Position numbers and translations under genes: made by a program. From positions 23,808,001 to 23,872,000 of the forward strand of contig NC_043002.1 of assembly GCF_006345805.1 (NCBI RefSeq): a stretch of DNA of 64,000 nt. The letters are read 5' to 3'. The notes beneath the pieces are model-generated. The model searched no databases. It had not been told where the DNA came from and saw nothing but the letters and a program-made list of their open reading frames with translations. The DNA comes from Octopus sinensis (taxonomy: Eukaryota). Positions 52,770 to 64,000 of this stretch are shown one piece after another (the stretch's first letter is position 1; every line of letters starts with the position of its first letter).

Positions 52770-53208
52770 AAATGTGACCTCGTGTGTACCGTTGGCGATT
52801 TTTTCCCTCTGTCTTCCCTTCTCTGGATCTTTCCTTCTCCTATGTTTCCGACGAAGAGCTCCGCTTGAAACGTTAAACCCTCTTTCTTTCCTTCTTTCCT
52901 GAGCGTCCAATAATACTATATTTGTTCCACGTCCTCGCGTTGTTGTTTTTTTTGTGCTTTCTTGTTTGGATTAACTTTATATATATATATATATATAGTT
53001 AATCCAAACATGAAAACACCAAGAGAAAACACAACAACACGAGGACGTGGAACAAGTATAGTATTATTGGACGCCCAGGAAAGAAGGAAAGAAGGAGGGT
53101 TTAACGTTTCGAGCGGAGCTCTTCGTGAAAAACATAGGAAACGGAAAGATCCAAAGAAGGGAAGACGGAGGAAAAAAAATCGCCAACGGTACACACGCGG
53201 TCACATTT
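52770..53208. mobile_element. Tail-to-tail inverted pair of ~205-bp Penelope-like terminal repeats joined at a (TA)n tract
   Basis: 52770-52975 is an imperfect reverse complement of 52998-53208; each arm carries a hammerhead-like motif. Confidence 0.8.
52844..52878 (+). ncRNA. Minimal hammerhead-ribozyme-like motif
   Basis: GTTT-CCGACGA-A-GAGC-TCC-GCTT-GAAA-C-GTT-AAAC; inverted counterpart at 53099-53133 with a more degenerate core. Confidence 0.5.
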
Positions 53209-53220
53209 TGAATATATATA

Positions 53221-53440
53221 CGAGGGTGTACTGGAAAAAGTTACTGGCTTTAAGGGTGTCGTGAAAGGCTAGGTTGGAGGCCCAATCTTCTGAGTTCTTT
53301 TACAGGATTTAGAAAAAACTGAAGGACCGCTGCAATAAGTGTGTGAATCTGAGAGGGGAATATGTTGAGTAAAATCACAATTAACAGATCCTGCTGTACT
53401 TTTTTTTACCCAAAGCCATGAACTTTTCAGCACTCTCTCG
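53221..53440 (+). mobile_element. mariner-derived MITE
   Basis: TA|CGAGGG...CTCTCG|TA, ~30-bp imperfect TIRs, internal transposase C-terminus LEKLKDRCNKCVNLRGEYVE*. Confidence 0.9.
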
Positions 53441-53856
53441 TATATTTACACATATACATATATATCTATACACACATATAAAAACATATATGTGTGTGTA
53501 TATGTATACGTATGTAGATGTTTAGATGCATGTAATTTAAAATGATTTAGACTGCCACAACGATGCAAATTTGAAAAATAGGAGTAAAACAAAGCTAAAC
53601 AAAAACAAAGGTTTACACTTTTATCTTATATTTCAATATTTCGGTTTAAAAATAAAGCCATTATCAAGTGAAAAATAGATAATGAGATTTAACTCTGATC
53701 CTCACAGATATGTGTGGACGAATAGTGGTATGACTAACATCCCAGATTGGTAATGTTATAAGAACCAATTAGCGTTGCACAGTTCTTGTCTGTTGTTGAA
53801 AGATGGGTGTTTTAAATCCATGTATCAACAAGAGATATGCGACACTAACCAATATT

Positions 53857-54186
53857 GAGACCCCCTTCGGTCATGACTGACCGTGGGATTGCACCTAGAA
53901 AGTTACCCTCCCAGGGACAAGTCTGGGCAAGGTTGTTTATGGAAGACCAGCAGTCGCCCGTGCATACCAGCCTACCCTCTCCACGCCACCAGTGTTATCC
54001 AAGGGAAAGGCAAAGGCCGATACAGCTTGGCACCTGTGACGTCGCAACTCATTTCTACAGCTGAGTGAACTGGAGCAACGTGAAATAAAGTGTCTTGCTC
54101 AAGAACACTACACGCAGCCCGGTCCGGGATTCGAACTCACAACCTCACGATCGTAAGCTCGACGCTCTAACCACTGAGCCATGCGA
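53857..54186 (-). mobile_element. tRNA-derived SINE (family C)
   Basis: Reverse complement of the 43158-43479 family; CCAATAT on both flanks. Confidence 0.85.
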
Positions 54187-54503
54187 TATAGAGCCAATAT
54201 AGAGAATGAGCTTTAGCTCTAATCCACGCATGTCGCATGTTGCTGTTTGGCGGCACGGACCGAACAGATCTTTGGTGAAAGGTGTTCCGGTTCCAATCAG
54301 ATAATTTTCAGACACTGTGCATTTAGGAACCTACTGTCCTTAACCATTTCCTTCTTTTAAGGTGACTGGGTGGTATTTGAGGTAGAATTGGTTATTATTT
54401 CTTGCCAGTCGAGTAAATACTTAGAGGATCTCTTGGTTACTCGTTCCCAGATATGTTTTGCAAATTATATGGCTTATTTGAAGTTTATTGTGTATTATTT
54501 GAT

Positions 54504-57416
54504 CAGTGACGTACCAAGACGGGGGCGGTCCACCCCGGGCGGCACAATTTATTTGTATTGATATATCATTAATAAAAATGCAGTATAAATATTATAGACT
54601 TTAATAATGTATAGTTGCTATTAAGATTTCTTTGAAATTTAAATCTATCATCGGTAAACTTGTATTGTGTGTTAATATTGTGTAATATACAGTAAAATAT
54701 TGTTAATACAGTAATGTTGTGTTTGTGTCGATGATATTCAGAAAGTTGATTAATTTTTAGGTTGGTCTATACTCTATTTGGTTTTATTCATATAAATTTA
54801 CGATATCACTGATATAATTTGAGATGAAGCGAATTAAGGACAGCGATGTAGCATTTCGAAAAGAAAAAAAACGAGAGAAGAAAAGGAAAGGCGAAATGAA
54901 GGTGCCGTAATTAAATTTCTCATTAGATCCGACCATCCAGACGAAACTGGTATTACTGTAGAAGGTCATGGAGTTGATGTTGTTAGTGAAGTACAACTTG
55001 AAAAGAAGATAGAAGATGAAGTTGATGATGCTGATCCACGACAAACTACTGAAGAACAAAACTCTAATATTAATTTGGAAGACATTAGAATGTGGCCTGG
55101 TGACGGTATTTGGTAAATCTTTGTACAACAAGGATCGAACGTTGTGCAGAATATTGACTGTGAATTTAAAGAAGTTGTACCTTCAGGACAAATTGCAAAA
55201 CTGAAAGGGGAGATTAGAAGACTGTCAAGAAACTGGTTTTTTCGAACTTTACAAAACGGGGAAAAAATCTTGAGAACTTGGATAATATACTCTTCATCGA
55301 AAGAAGCTGTGTTTTGTTTTGTTGTTAGCTATTTTCGAGTGAAAACTCAAAGTTTTGTTCAGTTGATGGTTTCAAATCTTGGTGGAAATTGAATCCCAAC
55401 ATACAAGAACATGAATCTAGCCATGCACATGAGAATGCGTTCACTCAATGGAAAGAGCTAGAAATTCGCCTTTTCAAAGGCAAGGTAATAGACAAAGAAC
55501 AACAAACTCTTGTTGAAAATGAAACAAAGAAATGGAAGCAAATCCTGACTAGATTTTTGAACATAATTATGTTTCTTGTTAAGCAAAACCTAGCCTTACG
55601 AGGCCAGAGAGAAGACATTCGAGTTGAGAAGGCAAATGAAAATAAAAGACATTTTTTGGAGCTTGTTCAACTTATTGGAAAATTCGACCCAATGCTACAT
55701 GAACGTTTGGTAAAAGTAAAAATTGATAAGTTTACAACTTCCCATTGGGAGATCAAGTGAGAAAGAAAGTTATCGATGAAGTGAAACAGAGTAAATACTA
55801 TTGCATTATTTTTGATAGTACTCCAGACATTTCTCATATTGACCAAATTTCTCAGGTGCTACGTTATGTTAAAACAGGTGAAAAAGAAGTAAAAGTAGAA
55901 GAATCCTTTGTTCGTTTTATCGAGATGAAAGGCAAAAATGCTGAGCAAATTACATCAATGATTCTGAATGAATTAGAAATGGAAGACATTAACATTCAAG
56001 ACTTTCGTGGACAAGCATTTGATAATGCGTCAGTAATGGCAGGTCATCGATTCGGTGTTCAAGCGCGCATCACAGAAGTTAATCCAAAGATTGTATTTGT
56101 GCCATGTACCGATCACTCTCTGAATTTAGCAGCTGTGTATGCAGCTTCAGCTGGTGCAGATCCAGTTACATTTTTTGGTACATTGGACCGTTTATTTTCA
56201 TTCTTCTCAGCCTCAACTCATCGATGGGATATTTTGATTGAGATAACAAGTGCAACTATCAAACAGGCTGGGGAAACGCAATGGAGTAGTCGAGCAGATG
56301 CAGTGAAAGCTGTACATACAAAATTCACGGAAATCTTCGCTGCGCTTAAACGGTTGATGGAAAATGCAGAAAACGCAACTACGAGGTCTGATGCAGGTTT
56401 AATTCTTCAGGCGATGCTGCCATTTTCTTTCTTGTCATTTTTTGGCCTTTGGAGAGATATACTTCCTGAAATTAATGACACTCAAAAGTACCTCCAAACG
56501 AAAGGTCTGGAATTGCAACAATGTGTCATTAAACTATCAGCCTTGAAAAACTTCTCTACTTGTTCGCAGAAACAAAACAGTAAATGACGCGTTGCCCTAT
56601 TCAAGCGAAAATTACTCTGATATGGGAATCAGCACAGAGCGTCGAATTCGCAAAAAGAAAAGAATGGGCTACGAAGAAAGTATCGATTCCACTCTCAGTT
56701 ACGACGCTGAGCTAAGAAGAGAAATGTTGTCAGTGATAGATAGACTGGTTGAAGAAAAAACCTATAGATTCGAAAGACTTCACGATATTGCAAAGAAATA
56801 CACCTTTCCCACACCGTCCAATTTGTTAGACAAAGTGTGTAATTGTGATGTAGATGCTTTTGATAAGAATATTAAAAGAGAAGACTTTCTAGTCGAAAGG
56901 GCAAGACTGCAAAATTATTTGGGAGCTGCTGACGCTGAAGACATGGAAGGGCCTTTGCAAGTTCTTCAGTTTATTCAGAAATATAATCTTATTGATTCAT
57001 TGCCAAATAGTGTAATACTTTTAAGAGTCTTCCTAACTCGTGCCATTAGTGTTTCTAGCTGCGAGCGGTCCTTTTCTAAACTAAACCACCTCAGGTCAAC
57101 AATAAGTCAAATAAGCGCGACCTTGCGGATAAAATTAATTTTGATGAAATCATTCAAGATTTCGCGAAGAGGAAGGCACGTAAAATCAATTTGTAAGTCA
57201 TTTATTTTTGTAATTCACTCATCTTCTATTCTTTGACATATTTTTCCTATTACTTTTTGTGTATAAACATAATAAAAGTAAATTTGGGGGGAATAAATAG
57301 TTGCTACAGTTTGTCTTCTTATTTTGCATACATATATACCTGTATTATTCGGTTTTTGGCGTTTTGAACTTTTAGAACTTTTAAGGGGTGGCCAAATAAA
57401 CATCGGTACGCCATAG
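54504..57416 (+). mobile_element. Full-length defective hAT transposon (Tip100/ZMYM1-like)
   Basis: Perfect 8-bp TSD TATTTGAT (54496-54503, 57417-57424); TIR CAGTGACGTACC / GGTACGCCATAG; 2913 bp. Confidence 0.95.
54824..57196 (+). pseudogene. hAT transposase pseudogene (DUF4371/ZMYM1-like, hAT dimerisation C-terminus)
   Basis: Fragments in several frames: HESSHAH...LVKQNLALRG, YYCIIFDSTPDISHIDQ, RGQAFDNASVMAG, VPCTDHSLNLA, ETQWSSR, ISVSSCERSFSKL...LRST, FAKRKARK*; multiple frameshifts and deletions. Confidence 0.95.
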
Positions 57417-57453
57417 TATTTGATGCTGGTTTTCTCACTATATTTAAGAAGAA

Positions 57454-57866
57454 TCATAATTAATAAACCCTTTAAACATACTCACCGGTTGTTGCTTGTC
57501 TATATTTCACTTCACTTTTTTTCTAAGCATTTGTTGTTGATCCCTAAAAATATTTTGTCAATTGTCCTCAGAAATATTATTTGCTGCACCAATCCGTAGC
57601 TTTCTCAATGAGTATAATTCCCCCATCTCTCTTTCTTTGCTTTTGGAAGGTGAGTTGGGCATACTTTATCGTTGTTGTCGGTGCAAGGTGTCTTCTTAAA
57701 TAGGTATGACTTACACAGTATACCCATTGATAAAGCTATAAATTTAATGGGGCGAAACATATTCTGGAGTCCACAAACAAGCATCAGGTTATTTGGAAAA
57801 AGAAAGAGCAGTGAAATATAGACAAACAAGAACCGGGAATGTACTTATAGGCTTTATTAATTATGA
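57454..57866. repeat. Old inverted repeat (~75-bp arms), probable MITE
   Basis: TCATAATTAATAAA...CCGGTTGTTGCTTGTCTATATTTCAC vs GTGAAATATAGACAAACAAGAACCGG...TTTATTAATTATGA. Confidence 0.65.
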
Positions 57867-58305
57867 CCTTCCTAGAATACAACAATATGGGTTTCAGCAC
57901 AGTTTCACATCAAAATTCTTGCAAAACAAATTCAAAATTGGAAGATGCTTACAATGTGCCAAGTTACTATCCGCTGGCTGAGCAGTAATAGGTGAGAGGG
58001 ATCCTGCGAAGTTATAAGGGACTCTCTAAGCAAGAGATCAGAAAGTCTAGCTGGCCTTTAGGTAAGCTAGAAGACTTGTAGGCTGTACAATGTACTGCAC
58101 TATGGTTTGTTTACTTGCTGGTCACTTTGCAAGCGTTGCTTCCAAGTTGTCGTTTGTTGTTTAACCCTAAATCAGGTCTGATCGAGCAGACCTATGATCC
58201 AGTGCTATCGATCCATAATAATTTCATATGTTATCCTGGAATTATGTACATCATTATCCTATTTTAAGACGGTAGGGTCGAGCGACCATACAGAAACGGT
58301 TTAGT

Positions 58306-59164
58306 TAGTGGTGGATTAACCATTAAGCAAAATAAGCATGTGCTTAGGGCATCAAAGGAAGGAGGTGGAGCCACAGAAATGGTGAATGATTTACAGCACA
58401 AAAGAAATCACTTGAAACTTGCTAAAATAATATTCGAATTGGTTTATACGATTGGAAATATTATTTCAAAGTATTCATGTGAAGAGACAGGCATAAAAAG
58501 ATTTTGCAATTAAAAACGTAGGAGAAAATTTTCAAATACAAAGTGCAAGATTACAAAAAGAAACATTATATTCCATCTTAGTTTTGTTTCATTTTCAAAA
58601 AAAATTTTTTTTTACTTGTGTCAGTCATTTGATTGTGGTCATGCTGGTGCACCGCCTTTAGTCGACCAAATCGACCCCAGGACTTATTCTTTGTAAGCCT
58701 TGTACTTATTCTATCGGTCTCTTTTGCCGAACCGCTAAGTTACGGGGACGTAAACACACCAGCATCAGTTGTCAAGCATATGTTGTGGAGACAAAAACAG
58801 ATACACAAACATACACACACACACACACTCACACGTACACACACACACACATACATATACACATATATACGACGGGCTTCTTTCAGTTTCCGTCTACCAA
58901 ATCCACTCACAAGGCTCCGGTCGGCCCAAGGCTATAGTAGAAGACACGCAGTGGGACTGAACCCGGAACCATGTGGTACCACACAGCCACTCCTACAAAA
59001 ATAATAATTTATTTTAATTTTTAAAATTGTTATATTTTTATTTTTATTTATTATTATTGTTAATTTTAATTTATTATTATTGTTTATATTTTGAATTATG
59101 TATATATGGCGGCTCCAAAATCTCCTGAGTGCTTAGTCCCTCTCTGTGTTTTATTCCGGCTCTG
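58306..59164. mobile_element. hAT-type MITE (third copy) with a nested minus-strand SINE family A (58612-58996)
   Basis: TAGTGGTGGATTAACCATTAAGCAAAATAAGCA... ending TTATTCCGGCTCTG. Confidence 0.75.
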
Positions 59165-60109
59165 GCGTAAGTTAACTATGTTATGATTGGTGACTTCTTC
59201 CAGTTGAAACACAACTGTAATTGAATACTCTGGTAACCTTGGAGGAACTTTAGTTGCGTGAAAAATGTGAAGAGACAGGCATAAAAAGATAGTTACGGTT
59301 TCCCGCTTAGCTATCTCAGATGATACAGAGTTGCTGGTGAAGCACATTTGCTGCCAAAGATCGTCAACTTAGTGTTGGCAGAGCTCCAAACAGCTTGCTG
59401 AATTTATGTACCTGAAGACTCACGAGCAAGAAACTTATGTTCAGTAAGGTGCGAGGTGTGTTACCAGTAGTGAGACGATCCAATGTGAAAAGCGATGGCG
59501 ATAGCGGAGTAAAGGTGGGTTTGGCGGTGAAGAGGGGCATTTAGATTGCTTGGACAGTTTGTGTGTCGGCCAAGGATAATACGGATAGGAGTGGATAATA
59601 ATTGGTGCAGTCAGTTTAGAAAATCAAATATTTCGGCTCTAAGCCAGCAGTCTCGGTGTGGAAGGAATGAAAGAGGACAGGAAGAGTTTTATATGTAGAA
59701 GTCACAAGAGTTGGGAATTGAAGAACAATTTGAGATACAATCGAAGATGCAATCCGTTTCCTGCTGCAATACCATCACCTGATCGTTAGGTGCTTTTGGT
59801 GGAGGCCATTCTATTATATGGCTTCAGATAAGTTCTTCGGTTCGAGGTTTCTTCCTACTTTTTCCCCACATGTCATTGAAACTCTGTAAAATGGTCGTGT
59901 CATGGTTGCAGGCTGTACAGGGAGCAGATGAATTTAGAGGAAGATAGAGTAAATGGAAGTTCTTGTTTCTGAAATGTAGGTAAAAAAAAAATATTTGGTA
60001 AAAAGACAAAGAGCGGTTTAAGAGCGATTATAGCCTGGTTGTAGAGATGGGTAAGAGATAAAGTTTAGGAAACTCATGTCCCAAAGGAGAAAGAGTTATG
60101 GTTTATATG

Positions 60110-60560
60110 CTTTGTTGTTGTTTTAAGTCCAGTTCATGGCTGACCCAGGACACATACGATCAAAGACGTTTCAACTATTATCATCTCATTTTTTTATTCA
60201 GATATTTTATATCCAGGACTGTATCATTCAGTTTTTAAGACGATTTAAGTGTGATTAGAAAGAGGTCTTTGCTGTTATTTTTAATAAATCAAGTGACCAA
60301 GTGGAGGCTTTTGTAACTGATTCGGCTATGTGTTAGTAAGGTGGTGTCTGCTGATATTCTTGCCGTTGTTACTTAACGCCAGATCAATCTCTGATTTAGC
60401 AAACATGTGATTTAAAGCATTCCAGATATGACCGTCCTGTCTTTTCCCTTGGAACTGGGGGCCCCCCAGTATTACATTGTCCAACCACCCTTTCTGAAAA
60501 CGGTATCAAGGAGTGATCTGAGGGAGATTTGGTTGCTATTTCTAGCAGTTCAAGTATCCA
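60110..60560 (+). repeat. Two copies of an ancient, highly diverged SINE-like repeat found many times in the window
   Basis: GTTGTTTAA...GATCAAAG.CATTCCAG...GTGAT(T/C)TGAGGGAGATTTGG.TGCTATTTCTAGCA; related pieces at ~3450, 9170-9350, 11900-12100, 41520-41760, 44400-44760, 54240-54440, 58150-58290 and 62200-62390. Confidence 0.6.
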
Positions 60561-60880
60561 CGTATATACTCCCGTGTTAGATCGTAGTGTTGAAAGTGTA
60601 AGTCAGTGGTCCGCAGCTGAGATCCTGTATTTGAGACCTTCTCGAGATCCCGTATTTGCTTTTATCCTCAAACTAAGAGGAAGGGTTTGCAAGCATGCAA
60701 CAGAGCGAAACTGTTAAAGTCAGCCAAGGAAGGGCGACTGAGAAAGGTGAAGGGGAGAATGATGTGTGTGTGTGTGTGTGGGGGGCTGATTTATGTGGAA
60801 CAGATGAAAATATAGAGCTTGGTGAGGAAGACAAGAATAAGGAACAGGATGGGAAGAAACAGGAAAAGAGGAATTGGAAA

Positions 60881-60929
<49 letters not shown>

Positions 60930-61437
60930 GGAGGGAGAGAGAGAGAAAATGAAGATTGATGATGATAATGATGATGACGACCACAACAGCGATGACGCCG
61001 ACAACGAAGATAACGATTATCGTGATGATGAAGACGACGAAGATGATGAAGAATTATAACAATCACAAGAGAAAGAAAAGGAGAGAGAGAGAGAGAGAAG
61101 GGAGAAAGGAGGAGAGAAAGCAAAGAAGAGATGTGTAAAGACAGATGCAGTGCGTTCTTATCAACAATGTTTTGATTCTGGCATCTCGTGCAGGTGACAG
61201 TGGTGCCTATGTGTATAAATGTGTGAGTGCGCATATGTATGCATATATGTATCTGTCTGTCTATCTGTATGTATATGTTATGTATGTATGTATGTATGCG
61301 ACGCCAGGTGCTATTGTGCATTTTGCTCTTCATTGACTGTACGTACGATGTTTCCTGAGCGTGTGTGTGTCCATCAACAACACGCATGCTATCACACACA
61401 CATACACACGCTATCACACACACATAATGTGGACATT

Positions 61438-61442
61438 GTCTG

Positions 61443-61518
<76 letters not shown>

Positions 61519-61523
61519 CCAAC

Positions 61524-61594
<71 letters not shown>

Positions 61595-61595
61595 C

Positions 61596-61635
<40 letters not shown>

Positions 61636-61638
61636 TTG

Positions 61639-61693
<55 letters not shown>

Positions 61694-61716
61694 CTATCTA
61701 TCTATCTATCTATTTG

Positions 61717-61801
<85 letters not shown>

Positions 61802-61804
61802 TTG

Positions 61805-61867
<63 letters not shown>

Positions 61868-61878
61868 GTCTGTCTATC
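61438..61878 (+). repeat. (TATC)n microsatellite, ~440 bp
   Basis: Long, near-perfect TATC array; similar (GATA)n at 32829-32965. Confidence 0.95.
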
Positions 61879-62044
61879 GATGTATTTGTTTGCATTTATG
61901 TGCATGTGTTTGCATGTGTATACGCAAGAGCGTGCATGCGTGCTCACATACATGTGCATGAATGTGCGTATGTGTGCTCAAGTGTTTGTGCATGTGCGTG
62001 TATGCATGCGAGTATGAAATTGATAGTATATGTATGTTGTAGGC

Positions 62045-62084
<40 letters not shown>

Positions 62085-62136
62085 GTGCGTGTGTATGTGT
62101 GGTTGTGTGAGATGTTGATTGATTTTTTATGAATGG

Positions 62137-62173
<37 letters not shown>

Positions 62174-63596
62174 GTTTGTGTGCACCTATGTTGTCATTCT
62201 TGTTTAAGCGTAAGTCATCACTGGTAAGGCAAGCTTATATTCAAAGAGATTCCAGCCATGGCCATCCTTCTTTTTAAGGACTATATAGGCATGCATTTTC
62301 TAATATGTCCTTTCCTTTCCCCAAAAGACAGGCCGTGATTTCAGTGTGATTTGGCTGCTCTTTCTAACAGATCGTACAACCACATTGAGGTTTCCCTATC
62401 TGATCGCATACATATATATTGTCGCCAACACTATCTGTATGCGTATATGTATGTGTATACAGTCTGTGGTTGTGTATTTATGAAGTGTACACTGGCAGTG
62501 TACATGACTATAGGTAGGAAATACCTAATATAAATCAGTAATTTGTGTAATAATGTACATATGGGTGTTCATATGTGCAGTGAACGTTAGTATATGGATT
62601 AGTATATGTATGTGTATATGTATGGTGTTACGTAACTGTATGTATATAGAATTGAGTAATGCATAGTTTTGACTGATGTCTGTGTGTGTGTGTGTGTGTG
62701 TGCATATATATATATATATACATACACACACACATATATATATATATATATTTGTATATGCTTGAGTGTGTACGTGCAGGTGTGAACGCATATATGTGTA
62801 TATATGCACGTGCTTATTGCGTATGTTGTGCATGTAAATGTAAAGTGTAAGCATCTATGTATGTGTAAAATCTAAATAGATAGATACATGTGTGTATATA
62901 TATATACACATACACACACACACACATACATACATATACATATATTTACACATATATATACATATACATGTGTAAGTATACATATAGACATAAATATATA
63001 TGAATGCATATGTATGTATGTATTATGTATGCATGTATGTATGTCTATGTATGTATGTATGTATGTATGTATGTATGATGTATGTATGTATGTATGTATG
63101 TCTAGTCTTTTCCATCTCTTCATCTGTTATTCTATATATATATATAGAATAACAGATGAAGAGATGGAAAAGACGAAACATGAAATATGAATGGTAGAGG
63201 CGTAAGAGAAAGAAGGGACTATAAGGCTTAGACGAAGGATGTAGAAGAATTTAATGTAGAAAATAAGAAATGTTAAAAAAAAGGGGGGTAGATGAGAGTG
63301 AGGAAACCAGAAGAAAAGGAACGAGGAAGGTAGAGAAAGATAATAGATAAAGAAATAGTGAGTGTGGAAGACAGAGCAGCCGGTAGATAAAAAAAGGGCA
63401 ATAGAGAAACGGAGGGGGAGTATACAAAGTATAAAGGGAGGGAGAGATCGAGAGAAAGAGCGAGAATAAATGTAAGGGAGAGTGAGAGGGAAAGACAAAA
63501 CAGGCGACAGACAACAGATGTAAGAGAAAGGTATTGATATAAAGAGTGTATAGAATATAAAAGGAAAGAGAGAATGATTGATACATAGTGAGCATT

Positions 63597-63634
<38 letters not shown>

Positions 63635-64000
63635 GATAAAAGTGAGTATGAGGAACAGAAAGTGAGAGACAGGGTGAGTGAGAGAGGAAAGATATAACAG
63701 ACGATAGACGAAAAAGAAGGTAGTGATAGCGACAGAGACAGAAAGTGAAAGTGAGAGAGAGTGAGAGAGATAGGGAGTGAGAGAGACAAGGAATGAGAGG
63801 GACAAGGAATGAGGGAGACAGGGAATGAGAGAGACAGGGAATGAGAGAGACAGTGAGAGTGAGAGGAAAGACATGTGAAAGAAAGGTAGCATGTAACGAA
63901 GTGTGAGAGACAAAAACCATAACTGACGACAGACGAAAATGAAAGGTTGAGAAATGAAAGATATGTAGAACATAAAAGGAGCAAGTGTGAGTATGTGCAT

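Noticed and set aside
57486-57543. Minus-strand exon (TTTTTAG acceptor, CCG|GTGAGT donor)
   Set aside because: Stops in all three frames, and it lies in one arm of an inverted repeat.
59165-60100. Possible degenerate Penelope/LINE coding remnant on the minus strand
   Set aside because: Only a faint SIP/QLL-like trace; too decayed to assign without a homology search.
60715-60750. SRP/7SL-like GCCAAGGAAGGGCGA
   Set aside because: No helix-8 motif or Alu domain; the similarity is too short.

Overview
Eukaryotic, AT-rich and extremely repeat-dense genomic DNA. The microsatellite load and the SINE/LINE repertoire suggest an octopus or other coleoid cephalopod; this is inference from pattern recognition, not a database result. 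No intact host protein-coding gene is recognisable, and almost all ORFs in the supplied track are microsatellite translations. The window contains: (i) one full-length but frameshifted hAT (Tip100/ZMYM1-like) transposon at 54504-57416 with TIRs and a perfect 8-bp TSD; (ii) many non-autonomous DNA elements (GG-terminal elements with 8-bp TSDs, hAT MITEs, nested piggyBac MITEs, mariner/Tc1/pogo remnants, Helitrons, a Helentron-type element and foldback elements); (iii) RTE, RTE-X and BovB-like LINE fragments, some with C2H2 fingers; (iv) four tRNA-derived SINE families; (v) Penelope-like short elements in (TA)n tracts that carry minimal hammerhead-like motifs; (vi) several minisatellites. CpG-depleted domains (~1-3.9 kb and ~11.8-38 kb) suggest methylated gene bodies, and a few candidate exons are seen, including a PHD-like terminal exon at 8509-8654. 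The most interesting signals are the hammerhead-like motifs with covarying stems (including an inverted dimer), tandem pseudoknot-like units in a LINE 3' UTR, and a 38-bp minisatellite built from 5' splice-site consensus sequences.
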